From positions 27,509 to 91,508 of the forward strand of contig LFSP01000026.1 of the NCBI GenBank assembly GCA_001513145.1: a stretch of DNA of 64,000 nt, given 5' to 3'. Below are positions 49,765 through 60,495 of this stretch, piece after piece (within the stretch, counting starts at the first letter, position 1; every line of letters starts with the position of its first letter). The notes under the pieces are model-generated. The model made no database searches. It saw only the letters and a program-made list of their open reading frames with translations, and was not told where the DNA came from. Source of the DNA: Clostridia bacterium DTU025. GTDB taxonomy: Bacteria; Bacillota; DTU025. The translations under genes were made by a program, and so were the position numbers.

Positions 49765-51544
49765 CTCCGCCTGAGACCACGCTGTCCACCTGACGCTTGA
49801 TCTCGTCCACCAGTTCGGCTATGTCGCTGAGCTTGGACTCCTCCACGTACTTCATCCTGCCTATCCTGACCCTTACAGGCAGGCGCAGCATCTCATCCAG
49901 GCTGGCGCCCTTCTCCACCGCCTGGCGCAGGGCCTTATCGAACTCCAGGATCACCTTCAACATTGAAGACTGCTTCCTCAGCGAGGTGTAGGTGTCGACC
50001 TCGTTGAAGGCGTTCTGGTGCAGGAAGTCTTCCCTAATAGACCTGGCAGTCTCCATAGTGATCCGATCGGGCATGCTCAACGCGTCCATTCCCACGAGAC
50101 GCACGATCTCGCTGAGGTTCGCTTCATCCTGCAGGATCCTCATGGCCTCGGCCCGGAGGTTCAGGAAGTCCTCGCCCACCATCTGGCGGAGCCGCTCCTC
50201 GATCCTGTCGAGGTACAGCGAATAGCTGGTGAGCCAGTTGATGGCCGGGAAGTGACGGCTGTAGGCCAGGCTGGCGTCAAGCGCCCAGAACACCTTCACC
50301 ACGCGCAGGGTGGTCTGGGTGACCGGCTCCGACAGGTCGCCGCCGGGAGGCGACACCGCGCCAACGACGGTGAGCGATCCCTCGCGTTCGTCGGAACTCA
50401 GGCACTTGACTCTGCCGGCGCGCTCGTAGAACTCCGACACGCGTGAGCCAAGGTAGGCGGGGTAGCCTTCCTCGCCAGGCATCTCCTCGAGCCTGCCGCT
50501 CATCTCGCGCAGAGCCTCAGCCCACCTGGACGTGGAGTCCGCCATCAGGGCGACGCTGTAGCCCATGTCGCGGAAGTACTCAGCAATGGTTATCCCTGTG
50601 TAGACCGACGATTCGCGGGCAGCCACCGGCATGTCGGAGGTGTTCGCCACCAACACGGTGCGCTTCATCAGCGGCTCTCCTGTGCGCGGGTCAAGGAGCT
50701 CGGGGAACTCCATGAGCACGTCGGTCATCTCGTTGCCGCGCTCGCCGCAGCCCACGTACACGATGATGTCGGCGTCGGCCCACTTGGCCAGCTGGTGCTG
50801 GACGACGGTCTTGCCGGAGCCGAACGGCCCCGGGATGCACGCCGTGCCGCCCTTGGCGACGGGGAAGAAGGTGTCGAGCACGCGCTGTCCGGTGATGAGC
50901 GGCTCCGAAGGGGTGAGTTTCTCGGCGTACGGCCTGCCCCTACGCACGGGCCACTTCTGCATCATGGTGACGTCGCGGACGGTGCCGTCATCCCCCTTTA
51001 TGCGGGCCACGACGTCGGCCACCAGAGCGGGGCCCTTGTGGATCCATTCCACCTTTCCTGACACGCCCGGCGGCACCATGATCCTGTGCTCCACCACTTC
51101 GGTCTCCTGGACCTTGCCAATGATGTCGCCGGAGGCCACCGCCGCGCCCACCTGGACGACGGGAACGAAGTCCCACTTGCGCTCCCGGTTGAGGCCAGGA
51201 AGCTCTACGCCCCTTGGGAGCCTGTCGCCATGGCCAGCCCTGATCCCGTCCAGTGGGCGCTGGATTCCGTCATAGATGGATCCGATGAGTCCCGGGCCGA
51301 GCTCAACCGACAGCGGCTCGCCTGTGGTGAAGACCGGCTGGCCAGGGCCCAGCCCCGCCGTTTCCTCGTAAACCTGTATGGATGCGCGATCTCCCCGCAT
51401 TTCGATGATCTCGCCGATCAGACGCTTGTCAGAGACGCGCACGACATCGTACATCTTGGCCCCGGCCATGCCTTCGGCGACGACCAGCGGCCCCGAAACT
51501 TTGACGATCGTTCCTGCTTTCGTCCCGGAGTTCATATCAGGCAT
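49748..51544 (-). CDS. ntpA: V-type ATP synthase catalytic subunit A
   Basis: Walker [10 protein letters not shown]. Likely start MPDMNSG at about 51544, and the track ORF extends to 51685. Confidence 0.9.
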   Translation of the reverse strand: MPDMNSGTKAGTIVKVSGPLVVAEGMAGAKMYDVVRVSDKRLIGEIIEMRGDRASIQVYEETAGLGPGQPVFTTGEPLSVELGPGLIGSIYDGIQRPLDGIRAGHGDRLPRGVELPGLNRERKWDFVPVVQVGAAVASGDIIGKVQETEVVEHRIMVPPGVSGKVEWIHKGPALVADVVARIKGDDGTVRDVTMMQKWPVRRGRPYAEKLTPSEPLITGQRVLDTFFPVAKGGTACIPGPFGSGKTVVQHQLAKWADADIIVYVGCGERGNEMTDVLMEFPELLDPRTGEPLMKRTVLVANTSDMPVAARESSVYTGITIAEYFRDMGYSVALMADSTSRWAEALREMSGRLEEMPGEEGYPAYLGSRVSEFYERAGRVKCLSSDEREGSLTVVGAVSPPGGDLSEPVTQTTLRVVKVFWALDASLAYSRHFPAINWLTSYSLYLDRIEERLRQMVGEDFLNLRAEAMRILQDEANLSEIVRLVGMDALSMPDRITMETARSIREDFLHQNAFNEVDTYTSLRKQSSMLKVILEFDKALRQAVEKGASLDEMLRLPVRVRIGRMKYVEESKLSDIAELVDEIKRQVDSVVSGGGESVA

Positions 51545-51875
51545 TCCCTTCTTTCCCGAACAAGATGTCGGCGCCGAGCGCTCTCTCCACCGTTCGCCTA
51601 ATCTTCTCCATGGCCGCGCCCCTCTTGCCCGACGAGTCCGGAATGGTGAGCACCACAGGCAATGGTCTGTGGCTGTATTCAGCAATTATGTCAATGATGT
51701 CGCTGGCAACGCCCTCGGTCACATAGATGATGGCGAAATCTCCGCGGGCAGCCGATCGCAGTGCCTCGGCCGCTTCCGTGGGGCTGGCCACTGCGAACGT
51801 GTCGACGCCCAGAGCCCGGAAGCCCATGATGGACCCTTCATCGCCTATGACCGCGATCTTATGCATGAGCAGCAC
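51537..51875 (-). CDS. ntpF: V-type ATP synthase subunit F
   Basis: 112 aa, [20 protein letters not shown]. Confidence 0.8.
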   Translation of the reverse strand: MLLMHKIAVIGDEGSIMGFRALGVDTFAVASPTEAAEALRSAARGDFAIIYVTEGVASDIIDIIAEYSHRPLPVVLTIPDSSGKRGAAMEKIRRTVERALGADILFGKEGNA

Positions 51876-53037
51876 CCAACCTTCCCCGGATCACCTGCGG
51901 TGACAGCTTCGCCATCTTGCCGAGGAAGATCCGACGCAGCCTGTCGGCCTCTGCCTCCCTGGCCAGGAGGTACCCAAGCACCGGCTCATAGCCTATGTCT
52001 GCCCTGCGCCAACGCGCTGTGACCTCGGCCAACCTGCGTGTGATGTTGGTCTCCAGTGTCCAGGGCGAGCCTGTGGAGCGCCACGCCTGGATCCCCTCGT
52101 CGATAGGGGAGGCGTAAGGAGTGCCGCGGTACACCGCCCAGAACTCATCGTCGGGTCCATCGTACGCTGCAAGAAGCGCCGAAACGGCCACGTTGCCCCC
52201 TTCCAGTAAGGCGTCGACTGCGAAGTCAGCACCCTTGCCCATGGCCCTGAGCCTTAGGCACGTGAGGGCATTGGTCAGGTCCACGGTGATCCTCAAGCGC
52301 TCCAGCAGTGCATCGGCCTTTCGTCGGCGGGCCACATCGAAAAAGTAGCGGAATGACTCCCTGTCGAGCACGAAATCGATCTGCTGCGGGTCGCGGCCCT
52401 TCCGCCCGTATGCGGCCACGGCAAGCCGGCCGGCGCGCATCACCGCACCTGCTAGCCGCGCCTCCTCGGCGTCAGGCAGCCACCTCGACTTCGATCTCAG
52501 GGGAGCGCGCTTGCCTTCGGCGACGTGGCCCTGGCCATCTGTTCCGTACGCGACGCCCGCGCCCATTTCCACCGCTGCACCCGGCCCGCCGCCGTCTGCG
52601 CCGTCTGCAAGTATCTCATCGACAGCCTGACGCATGGTGTCCACATCGAGCCAGCCCAGAGCCGAGAGAGCCCTGGCCCCCTCCCCCTGCGCTCGTATTC
52701 CCCGGTCACGCGCTGCAAGGGCGGCCTTGAGAAGTGCCTTCATATTGTGGAAGTCATGCCTGGCGCGGAACACCCCTGTAAGGGCCGGATCAGGTGACAT
52801 GGAGGCCACCAGTTCGTGCACCCTGAGCAGCTCCGCGTTGATGAGATCCTCGTAAGCGCTGGCGCCCGGCCGCACGTCGCGATCTCCGCCGAACTCGGTC
52901 TCGCCCAGCACCCGCATGAGCTCCTCGTGGGTTTCGGCGTCGATCATCCGGCTGAACCTTGCCTGGTCGATCATTCGGTTCTCCAACGCCCGGATTCTGC
53001 CTACGGCGTATGCGAACCTGCCATCAAAGCCCAACGC
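51859..53037 (-). CDS. ntpC: V-type ATP synthase subunit C (V0 d-type)
   Basis: Likely TTG start at 53037 after a GGAGG RBS (MGFDGRFAYAVGRIRALE). The track ORF extends to 53094, overlapping ntpE. Confidence 0.8.
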   Translation of the reverse strand, partial: ALGFDGRFAYAVGRIRALENRMIDQARFSRMIDAETHEELMRVLGETEFGGDRDVRPGASAYEDLINAELLRVHELVASMSPDPALTGVFRARHDFHNMKALLKAALAARDRGIRAQGEGARALSALGWLDVDTMRQAVDEILADGADGGGPGAAVEMGAGVAYGTDGQGHVAEGKRAPLRSKSRWLPDAEEARLAGAVMRAGRLAVAAYGRKGRDPQQIDFVLDRESFRYFFDVARRRKADALLERLRITVDLTNALTCLRLRAMGKGADFAVDALLEGGNVAVSALLAAYDGPDDEFWAVYRGTPYASPIDEGIQAWRSTGSPWTLETNITRRLAEVTARWRRADIGYEPVLGYLLAREAEADRLRRIFLGKMAKLSPQVIRGRLGAAHA

Positions 53038-53039
53038 CC

Positions 53040-53651
53040 TTACCTCCCGCCGAACAGCGCCTCCGCCACCAGCGGGGCGAGCTCGTCCTCGCATAGCGCC
53101 ACCAACGCGTCGAGGGAACAGTCCACCTCGATGTTACTGGTCTTCAGAAGGAAGCCACCTCTAATGGAGTTGGCGGTGCCCGCCGGCTTCAGCGACACGT
53201 CCTTGCCCTGCTTCCTGAGCTCGGCCTCGACGTCCTGGAGAAATGCTCCGGTGATGCGCTTTCTATCGTTCGCCGCAACCACCACATCCACCTCGCCCAC
53301 GGGCGACGATTCCAGAAGCATCTGCCGCATGATCCCGAGGTAGCTGTCGTCGCTCATGGCGCGGATGGCGTCTGGTATCTCCGAGATGAGCTTGTCGACT
53401 AAATCGGCCTTGGCGCGGAGCACAGCATCGCGCTTTTCGAGGGAGCGGGCTATCTCCGCCCGGCGCTCGTTCTCCGCCGCATTCCGCTTCGCCCGGGCCG
53501 TCGCCTCCTCGACGCTCTCAGCTCCTCGCGCACGGGCATCCTCCACGATGCGTTCGGCTCTAGCCTTCGCGTCAGCCACAACAGCGGCGGCGCGCTGGCG
53601 CGCCTCTTCCAGTATTACAGACTTCAGCCTCTCAAGGTTGTGCATGTCCAT
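53040..53651 (-). CDS. ntpE: V-type ATP synthase subunit E
   Basis: Coiled-coil stator protein. Likely start MDMHNLERLK, and the track ORF extends to 53729. Confidence 0.8.
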   Translation of the reverse strand: MDMHNLERLKSVILEEARQRAAAVVADAKARAERIVEDARARGAESVEEATARAKRNAAENERRAEIARSLEKRDAVLRAKADLVDKLISEIPDAIRAMSDDSYLGIMRQMLLESSPVGEVDVVVAANDRKRITGAFLQDVEAELRKQGKDVSLKPAGTANSIRGGFLLKTSNIEVDCSLDALVALCEDELAPLVAEALFGGR

Positions 53652-53664
53652 CACTCCCGGCCTG

Positions 53665-54144
53665 CTAGACCTGGATCGAGAACACCAGCAGCAAGCTTGC
53701 GAGGAGCGAAAGCACCGCGTAGGTCTCAACCATGGCGGCCATGATTACGGCCTTGCCCATTTCCTCAGGACGCTTGGCGACAACGCCCACGCCTGCAGCG
53801 GCGACCTGCCCCTGGTAGATGGCTGACACCGGGCCCACCAGTGCCACCGGCATGGCGGCGAGAACGAACAGGAAGCCCTGGTATGTGGTGAGCGATGCCA
53901 CGTTGCCGCCCAACACGCCCATACGCACCATGATCATGAGGGCCGTGAGGAAGCCGTAGATTCCCTGAGTTCCGGGAAGGGCCTGCAGGACGATGACCGG
54001 ACCGAACTTGTCGGGGTCTTCCGTGATGAGGCCAGCCCCAGCTCTTCCCACCAGGCCGACGCCGGCGGCTGAGCCGAATCCCGCCGGGATCACTGCCAAT
54101 CCCGCTGCCACGAAGCCAAGGACTGTTCCGAGAGTAACGTCCAT
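53665..54144 (-). CDS. ntpK: V-type ATP synthase proteolipid subunit K
   Basis: 159 aa, two hairpin-repeat c-subunit. Confidence 0.85.
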   Translation of the reverse strand: MDVTLGTVLGFVAAGLAVIPAGFGSAAGVGLVGRAGAGLITEDPDKFGPVIVLQALPGTQGIYGFLTALMIMVRMGVLGGNVASLTTYQGFLFVLAAMPVALVGPVSAIYQGQVAAAGVGVVAKRPEEMGKAVIMAAMVETYAVLSLLASLLLVFSIQV

Positions 54145-54158
54145 GAACTATACCCCTT

Positions 54159-56147
54159 TCAGACTGTCGATCTGTCTATGTCGACGTACTTGGCCGAAAA
54201 GCCGAAGGGCACGAACCTGCGCCCGCCAGACTCGAAGAACTTGCCAAAGAACTCGATGAACTGAAGCCGGCAGGAATGCACGTACGCCCCAATGATGTTT
54301 ATCAGGATATTGAATAGGTGGCTGAACGCCAGCCCAATGACGGCGATCACCGGCCCGATGATGGGAATACCCGCAGGCTTCAGCATCAGGTCGTTCAGAA
54401 CGAACGCCAGAACCGTACTGGTGAAGCCCAGGCCAAACAGCCTCGCGTAGGAGATCACGTCACTCATGTAGCCTGTGATGTTGTACAGCGACAACACTCC
54501 CGAACCCAGCCTCATCAGGGGGTTGCGGTGGTGCCTGCCTTGGGTGGCCACAAGGCCTATGGCCGAGGCTATGGCCACGTACTTGGCAACAGCTGCGACG
54601 GCGGCACCGCCGGGGCCGAGGGCCCCTCCACCAAGGGCAAGGCCGAGGCCGATAATGAACGTGAGCCAGAACACCTGGTCGTAGATGGCCGCAAGCCACT
54701 GACCAGTCCTGATGTTCTGGTACGCTTTGAGACATATGCCGAAGAGTATCTGCACGATGCCCAGGGCAAAGGAGAGGATCAGGAAGCTCATGGGGCTTTC
54801 CATCGGGTCGAACAGGATCGCAGTCCTGATGCCGAACAGCCTTGCGGGCAGGTCTCCGAGCCACCCGCCAAGCAGGGCTCCGACCGCCACCGTCGTAAGG
54901 CCGGCCATGAACACCAGATTCAAGAACTTGCTGTTAGGCTGGCGCGTCTTCCTCTTTAGCCAGAGGGCGACGGCAGCTATGAAAATGCCGTACACGGCAT
55001 CGGTCATTGCCAGCCCGAAGAAGACCAGGAAGAACGGGCCAAGATACGGACTGGGGTCAAGGGTGCCCGGCTGAGGCAGGCCCATCGTCTTGGTGACCAC
55101 TTCAAAGGGCTCCAGGAGCCGGCTATTGGTGAGCTCCACAGGGGGGACCTCGTCGTCAAGCGGGGGCCTATCCAGTACCACGATGTCGTCTGCCAGCGCC
55201 TGGAGAGTGCCGCGCAGCCTCTCCATGTGGGTGGCCTGAACCCAGCCTTCCACGGCGAAGGTGCGTTTGGTGCCACCGAAGCTGTGGACGATGTCGAGCT
55301 TGGCCTTCTCGTTGACGAAGTAGTCGTACAGCGCGTAGATGGTGGGCCTCAGTCTCGCCAGCGCGTCTACGTCAGCCTCCATCTCGGCGCGACGCGTCTC
55401 GACGGTTTTCAGCTGCGCCTTGAGGTCCTCTAGTATGTGCGCTGGCAGTCCCCTGAACTGATCCAACGAAACCCGATCTAGTCCTACTGCGGCGATGGCT
55501 GAAGCGCCTGCCTCGCCCTGGGAAGCAGGATAGGCCAGCAGCAGATGGGCCTTCTCCCGGCCTTCGCTGATGACCTGCCATGCAAGGCCAGGTACCTGCT
55601 CCTGGGCCGACTCCAGGGATGCTCTGTACATGCGAACATCCGCCGTGGCCAGCATAGCCACAACGTGCTTGCTCGGCTCTATGGACTCTACGGGGGAATC
55701 TAGGTTGCGCCACGGCTCCAGGATATTGATGGACGTCTGCAGCCGGTTTATCGCTTCAGCGGCCTCAGCGATGGCTCCTTCGATGGTGTGGGCTTGAGCG
55801 TGAATCTGGCGGGCCTTGTCCCATGGGTTGGTCGTTTCCGACTGCCACTCCGCTTCCGTGAGGTATATCCGGGATCCCGTGAAGTTCTCCAGCATGCCCT
55901 CGGCAACGCGACGCCTGACAGCAAGGAACTCTAGGGCGTGACCGAGGTCAGCAATGATTGAGTCCAGTTCGGTAGCTCTCTTTTCAACCTCATCGGGAAC
56001 AACGAGTCCTGATCTCTCATCGTCCGGCATACCTTCGCCGAACTCGATGATGTCCATGATGCCAAGGGCGTGAATGGCCTCCACAACCTGCGCCATCCTA
56101 TGGATATGGCCAAGGACGGTGACGCGCCTCATCTCAGATATTGCCAA
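54159..56147 (-). CDS. ntpI: V-type ATP synthase subunit I (a-subunit)
   Basis: 662 aa, N-terminal soluble coiled-coil, C-terminal polytopic domain. Confidence 0.88.
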   Translation of the reverse strand: MAISEMRRVTVLGHIHRMAQVVEAIHALGIMDIIEFGEGMPDDERSGLVVPDEVEKRATELDSIIADLGHALEFLAVRRRVAEGMLENFTGSRIYLTEAEWQSETTNPWDKARQIHAQAHTIEGAIAEAAEAINRLQTSINILEPWRNLDSPVESIEPSKHVVAMLATADVRMYRASLESAQEQVPGLAWQVISEGREKAHLLLAYPASQGEAGASAIAAVGLDRVSLDQFRGLPAHILEDLKAQLKTVETRRAEMEADVDALARLRPTIYALYDYFVNEKAKLDIVHSFGGTKRTFAVEGWVQATHMERLRGTLQALADDIVVLDRPPLDDEVPPVELTNSRLLEPFEVVTKTMGLPQPGTLDPSPYLGPFFLVFFGLAMTDAVYGIFIAAVALWLKRKTRQPNSKFLNLVFMAGLTTVAVGALLGGWLGDLPARLFGIRTAILFDPMESPMSFLILSFALGIVQILFGICLKAYQNIRTGQWLAAIYDQVFWLTFIIGLGLALGGGALGPGGAAVAAVAKYVAIASAIGLVATQGRHHRNPLMRLGSGVLSLYNITGYMSDVISYARLFGLGFTSTVLAFVLNDLMLKPAGIPIIGPVIAVIGLAFSHLFNILINIIGAYVHSCRLQFIEFFGKFFESGGRRFVPFGFSAKYVDIDRSTV

Positions 56148-56469
56148 AGCGCTTCAGCACCTTCCCGACCGCGAGCTCCGAAGCTCGCTTCCAGTTGGCC
56201 TCGGCCAACTCGTTCACTTGTTTCACAGCGGCGGCGATCTCCGCCTCAAGAGCTTTGGATGCCTCGGCTATCCGTTTTCCGGACTCCGCCTCGACCTTCT
56301 TGGCGCTTTCGACCGCCCTCTCCTGCGACTGGGCCAACAGGGCCCGGCTCTGGTCCTCCGCCCCATCGACTATGGCCTTGGCCTCGATGTTGGCCTGGCG
56401 CACTATCTCGTCGGCCTCTGCCTCAACGGCCCTGATCTGGTCCATCGCGGTGATGCTCAATGCCAACAC
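56134..56469 (-). CDS. ntpG: V-type ATP synthase subunit G/H (small stator stalk)
   Basis: 111 aa, Ala/Glu-rich helix. First gene of the operon, as in Thermus atpG. Confidence 0.7.
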   Translation of the reverse strand: MLALSITAMDQIRAVEAEADEIVRQANIEAKAIVDGAEDQSRALLAQSQERAVESAKKVEAESGKRIAEASKALEAEIAAAVKQVNELAEANWKRASELAVGKVLKRFGNI

Positions 56470-56532
56470 ACCCCCCGCATAACGTGCCGATGGAAAACAA
56501 GGTGGAGCCTATCGTAGAGCTAGCTCACAGGG

Positions 56533-56562
56533 ATTATACTATACTGCAAAGATGACCCGCAA
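56533..56562 (-). promoter_or_regulatory. Putative V-ATPase operon promoter (TTGCGG-N18-TATAAT)
   Basis: Minus-strand motifs read as attata 56533-56538 and ccgcaa 56557-56562 on the plus strand. Confidence 0.4.
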
Positions 56563-56695
56563 CGCGCCTACACGACGACCGTGGAAACAACCTTCAGATA
56601 TCTAAGCGATTATTTCCAAGCTTGTACACATTGCAGGAGCTGACATCCAGTCAGCTCCCGTCCTATGTACACTGGACGCCTTCGCATTGCGGCTA

Positions 56696-57535
56696 CTACT
56701 GCGCATGCTCCAGCATTTCCAGGCGCAGTTCCTCAGCGATCTTCGCTATGAAAAACGAGTTCGTCGGGGGTCTTCCGTTCCGTAGATTCACGGCATATCC
56801 AAAGATCTTGGATATGTACTCGGGGTTGCCCTGCTTCCAGGTTTTCTGGATTGTATACCTTATGGCCGCCTCCACTATCAAAGGGGTGGTATCGTGCTTC
56901 TCGGCGATCTTGGGGTAAAGCGACTTGGTCACCGCCCCAAGCAAGCCGATGTCCTCGGTGACGAATATTATGGCGTCGCGGATGTAGCAGTAGCCCTTGA
57001 AGTACGTGGGAACTCCCAGGTTATAGAGGATCCTGGTGGCCTCAGTCTCAAGGTCGAACCCGCGGGCACGGCGCTCGCGGCCGCGATCGCCCCGGGCTTG
57101 CAGCGCACGATCGGCGCGGTGCCTTGCCATCTGGGGCTCGGTGGCCATCACCTGGCGAATCCTGCTCACAAGGTTTTCTCTGTCAAAGGGCTTCAGAAGG
57201 TAGTAGTCTGCACCGAGGCGGGCGCATCTCTTGATCATCTCTTCCTCCTCGAACGCGGAGACGACGATCACCTTCGGCCTGTAATCAGACTCCTTCTCAG
57301 CGAGCTTGCTTAGGACGCCCAGCCCGTCAAGGTAAGGCATGATCATGTCGAGAAGCACTACATCGGGCTTGTGGCGTTCGATCATCTCGAGCGCCTGGAT
57401 TCCGTCGTGCGCAGCGCCTACCATCTCCATGTCGCCTTCCTCGTTGAGGAGGGCTTCAATGACGTCGCACAGATCCTGATTGTTCTCCACTATGAGAACC
57501 CTTGTCTTCGGCCCGCTCAAGTTTCTTCCCCCCAA
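56696..57535 (-). CDS. spo0A: Stage 0 sporulation protein A (Spo0A) response regulator
   Basis: N-terminal receiver (VLIVENNQDL, DVVLLDMIMP). The C-terminal Spo0A-specific DNA-binding domain ends ...PTNSFFIAKIAEELRLE. Confidence 0.92.
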   Translation of the reverse strand: MGGRNLSGPKTRVLIVENNQDLCDVIEALLNEEGDMEMVGAAHDGIQALEMIERHKPDVVLLDMIMPYLDGLGVLSKLAEKESDYRPKVIVVSAFEEEEMIKRCARLGADYYLLKPFDRENLVSRIRQVMATEPQMARHRADRALQARGDRGRERRARGFDLETEATRILYNLGVPTYFKGYCYIRDAIIFVTEDIGLLGAVTKSLYPKIAEKHDTTPLIVEAAIRYTIQKTWKQGNPEYISKIFGYAVNLRNGRPPTNSFFIAKIAEELRLEMLEHAQ

Positions 57536-57556
57536 TCACCGCAAGAGTGTGCCCGC

Positions 57557-57675
57557 CGTCGAATTAAGTCACGTGAACAATTCTCCGGTTTGAATGCAAC
57601 TCCTCCCAAGAGTCTCGGAGGAATCTCGCAGGGTATCGCCAGTTTTCGACAACCATTCTGCGGAGTCTGTCGATT
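57557..57675. promoter_or_regulatory. Cluster of 0A-box-like heptamers upstream of spo0A
   Basis: Perfect TGTCGAA on the gene strand at 57646-57652. One-mismatch sites: TGTCGAT at 57669-57675 and CGTCGAA at 57557-57563. Confidence 0.45.
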
Positions 57676-57902
57676 ATTAATTCACACCTCTGCGGGATCA
57701 GCTGATCTACCGGCCGGGTGGGGTCAACCCTGGCGGTCTATCACGAAAGATCACGTTGTAAGCGGCTTAGAATGCGAAAGCCCAGAGGGGATCATCCTGT
57801 GCCAGATACGAGGAAGGGAGGCCCGTCACTGCGGCCTGCACGGCCCTCGTCCGATGCCGATAGAAATCGGCGCTATCGATGGGCCAGTGCCGGTACATGA
57901 AG

Positions 57903-57977
<75 letters not shown>

Positions 57978-58207
57978 ACGAACCTTATGTGAACTATGTG
58001 ATCTGCGTCTGTATTATACGCCTATCCCGGCTACACGCGCAACAGGGGCACGCTGTTGCGCCTCTCTGTTACTGACAGCGACCCGATGGCGGAGCGCCTC
58101 CGCGAAGCACGGGATGCACGCCGGCAGCATGCCGACCGATGAGCGGGTCGCCGCGCTGCGCTCCAATCCAGCCGCTTCCTCCAGCCAGTCCATCTAGTTC
58201 ATCATGG

Positions 58208-59053
58208 TCAAACCCCGCTGACCACGACGCCCAGCATCCCGGGGCCCCCGTGCACCGCCATGGACCCGCGCATGTCGCACACGTACGCCACATCGGCAGA
58301 GATTCGCTCACGGATCTGAGAGAGCAGCTTCCTCGCCTCCTCCAGAGCGTTGGTGTGGACCACAGCAAGGCGCCTGGCCCTCCCGCCGCAGGCTTGCTCG
58401 GCCAGCTCCACCGTGCGCCTCACGGCGCCCCGGAACGTGCGGACCCGTTCAATGGCCTCCACCAGTCCGTCCCTTACGCTTAGGATGGGGCTGATGTTCA
58501 GCAGCGACGCCACCAGCGCGTGAACCTGGGGCACCCTGCCGCAGCGCCTCACGTACTTTAGAGTGGGCAACGCCACGAAGATGTGGGTCGTGGCCATGCC
58601 CTTTCGCACGATCTCCATCACCTGCTCGAAGCCCATGCCGGATTTCGCCGCCTCCGCCGCGGCGATCACGATCATCCCCGTGGCGACGCTGGCCGTGAGG
58701 GTGTCCACCACGGTGACCCGCACCTTGTCGATCATCTGAGCGGCCAGACGCGCCGACTGGCAGGTCCCGCTGCCCTTTGAGGTCAGGTGAAGCGACAGTA
58801 TGTCGTCGCACTCGTCGGCCAGCTCACGGTAGGCGGCGACGAAATCGCCAGGCGCCGGCTGCGAGGTGGTGGGTATCACTGGCCCGTCAATGCGTCGGTA
58901 GAGCTCCTCGACGGTGATGTCGACGCCTTCCTTGAATGACTCCATCCCGAACTGAAGCTGGATGGGCACTACCCTAATCCTGAGATCCTGCGCCACCTCC
59001 TCGGGGACGCCGCTGGCACTGTCCGTCACCACGCGCACGCTAGCCATCCACGC
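58208..59053 (-). CDS. DegV-family fatty-acid-binding protein
   Basis: DegV N-terminus VRVVTDSASGVP. The start MASVRV lies at about 59053. Confidence 0.8.
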   Translation of the reverse strand, partial: AWMASVRVVTDSASGVPEEVAQDLRIRVVPIQLQFGMESFKEGVDITVEELYRRIDGPVIPTTSQPAPGDFVAAYRELADECDDILSLHLTSKGSGTCQSARLAAQMIDKVRVTVVDTLTASVATGMIVIAAAEAAKSGMGFEQVMEIVRKGMATTHIFVALPTLKYVRRCGRVPQVHALVASLLNISPILSVRDGLVEAIERVRTFRGAVRRTVELAEQACGGRARRLAVVHTNALEEARKLLSQIRERISADVAYVCDMRGSMAVHGGPGMLGVVVSGV

Positions 59054-60491
59054 ATGCCTCCTTCCACTGTGCCCAGCACAGCGCATCTGCAGTCAATTTC
59101 TCCACTGTGGTGCCTGGGTAGTAATGGGCCAGTATCTCCTTGTAGTCCATGCCCAGTTTCGCCATGTTCCTCGCGCCGTACTGGCACAGCCCGACTCCAT
59201 GGCCATAGCCTGCTCCCGAGAACGTGAACGCCGCCGGCGCCGCGCCCTCGCATCCCTCCACCGCATCCACCACGAACACGCCGCTCTTCACTGCCGTCGG
59301 CCCCCCCAGCGCGAGCCTGATCGCCAGCTCGCCGGCGATCTCGTGGCGCCCGTCCGGCGTCACCACCGCAACCAGCATCGCCGCCCCCCTGGGGGTGCGC
59401 TGAAGCACCTCAATGCCTACTATCTCCGGCCTCACGCCGATCACCGCGCTCACCGACGCGGCAAGCTCCGCCGGCGTCGCGCTGTACGTCCACCGATAGC
59501 CGTTAGAACCGTAGCAGTAGTCGCTGGGATTGGGGTTCTCGATGATGCGCCTCACTGCTGCCTCGTCCAGCGGGGCCTCAATGGTCGGCCATGCCCCGCC
59601 TTCGCCGCCAGCCGCCACCACGCACGCGTCGCCCAGCGCCTCAGGCCTGCAGGCAACCGTTCGCTGGTACGGTATGTCTGCCTTCCACAAAGCCTCGGCG
59701 CTCTCGGTGTAGCCTCCGCAGCACGCGTGGTAGTTGCTGCCGGTGAGCCTGCCCCCGTACATCAGCACCTCTCCAGCCGTCGCGAGCACCGCCGCACGCA
59801 CCGCCGGGTTGGCCAACTCCCTGGCGGCGCCCTGGTACACCTGGCAATGCGTGGTAGCGCAGATGTCGAACCCGCTGTCGGCATGGCGCCTTCCGGCCGT
59901 CACCGCCTCGGTGCGCGCCACCACCGCCTGGACCCTCAGCGCGTGATCGGGCGAGCTCGCTCCTATCTCATAGGGCACGACGCCAGCCACGTAGTCCTCA
60001 AGGCTGACCACGTTCACCAGGGTCACAGCCTGACCGCCCTGGCCCCCCTGGCCACCCTGACCGTTATCGGCTGAGATGAACTCAAAGCTTCCCCTGTAGA
60101 CTTGGGCGGGATCGTCGAGCCACAACAACTCGCCGGCGCCAGACTGCCCGCCCGCCGCTTTCACGCTCACCGGCAGACCCGCATGCAGCACCGTGCCGTC
60201 CGCCGCCGTGCAGGTGACCATCTGCCGCCCGCCGCCTTCCTTCGCCGCTGCCCTCAGCGCGAACTTCACCGGAGCGCGCATCTCGCGGCCGTTCACCTGA
60301 ACCCGGCTCGGACCGCCCACAGTCACAGTGGCCTGCTCCAGGCTTTTCAGGCCCACCCTGATGACGACCTCTTCGCGCGCCAGCTGCGCCCGCTCTCGTC
60401 CGACCCCGGGAGCCGCCATCGCCGTCAACAGCAGCCCAACCACCACAACGGACCCAACTGAGTAACCCAGCGCCTTCCTCATCTTCCCCAT
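59040..60491 (-). CDS. spoIID: SpoIID/LytB-domain protein (sporulation lytic transglycosylase or amidase enhancer)
   Basis: SpoIID motifs (LEDYVAGVVPYEI, GFDICATTHCQVY, YHACCGGYTE, GHGVGLCQYGA). Signal or TM anchor at the N-terminus. Confidence 0.85.
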   Translation of the reverse strand: MGKMRKALGYSVGSVVVVGLLLTAMAAPGVGRERAQLAREEVVIRVGLKSLEQATVTVGGPSRVQVNGREMRAPVKFALRAAAKEGGGRQMVTCTAADGTVLHAGLPVSVKAAGGQSGAGELLWLDDPAQVYRGSFEFISADNGQGGQGGQGGQAVTLVNVVSLEDYVAGVVPYEIGASSPDHALRVQAVVARTEAVTAGRRHADSGFDICATTHCQVYQGAARELANPAVRAAVLATAGEVLMYGGRLTGSNYHACCGGYTESAEALWKADIPYQRTVACRPEALGDACVVAAGGEGGAWPTIEAPLDEAAVRRIIENPNPSDYCYGSNGYRWTYSATPAELAASVSAVIGVRPEIVGIEVLQRTPRGAAMLVAVVTPDGRHEIAGELAIRLALGGPTAVKSGVFVVDAVEGCEGAAPAAFTFSGAGYGHGVGLCQYGARNMAKLGMDYKEILAHYYPGTTVEKLTADALCWAQWKEACVDG

Positions 60492-60495
60492 GCCC

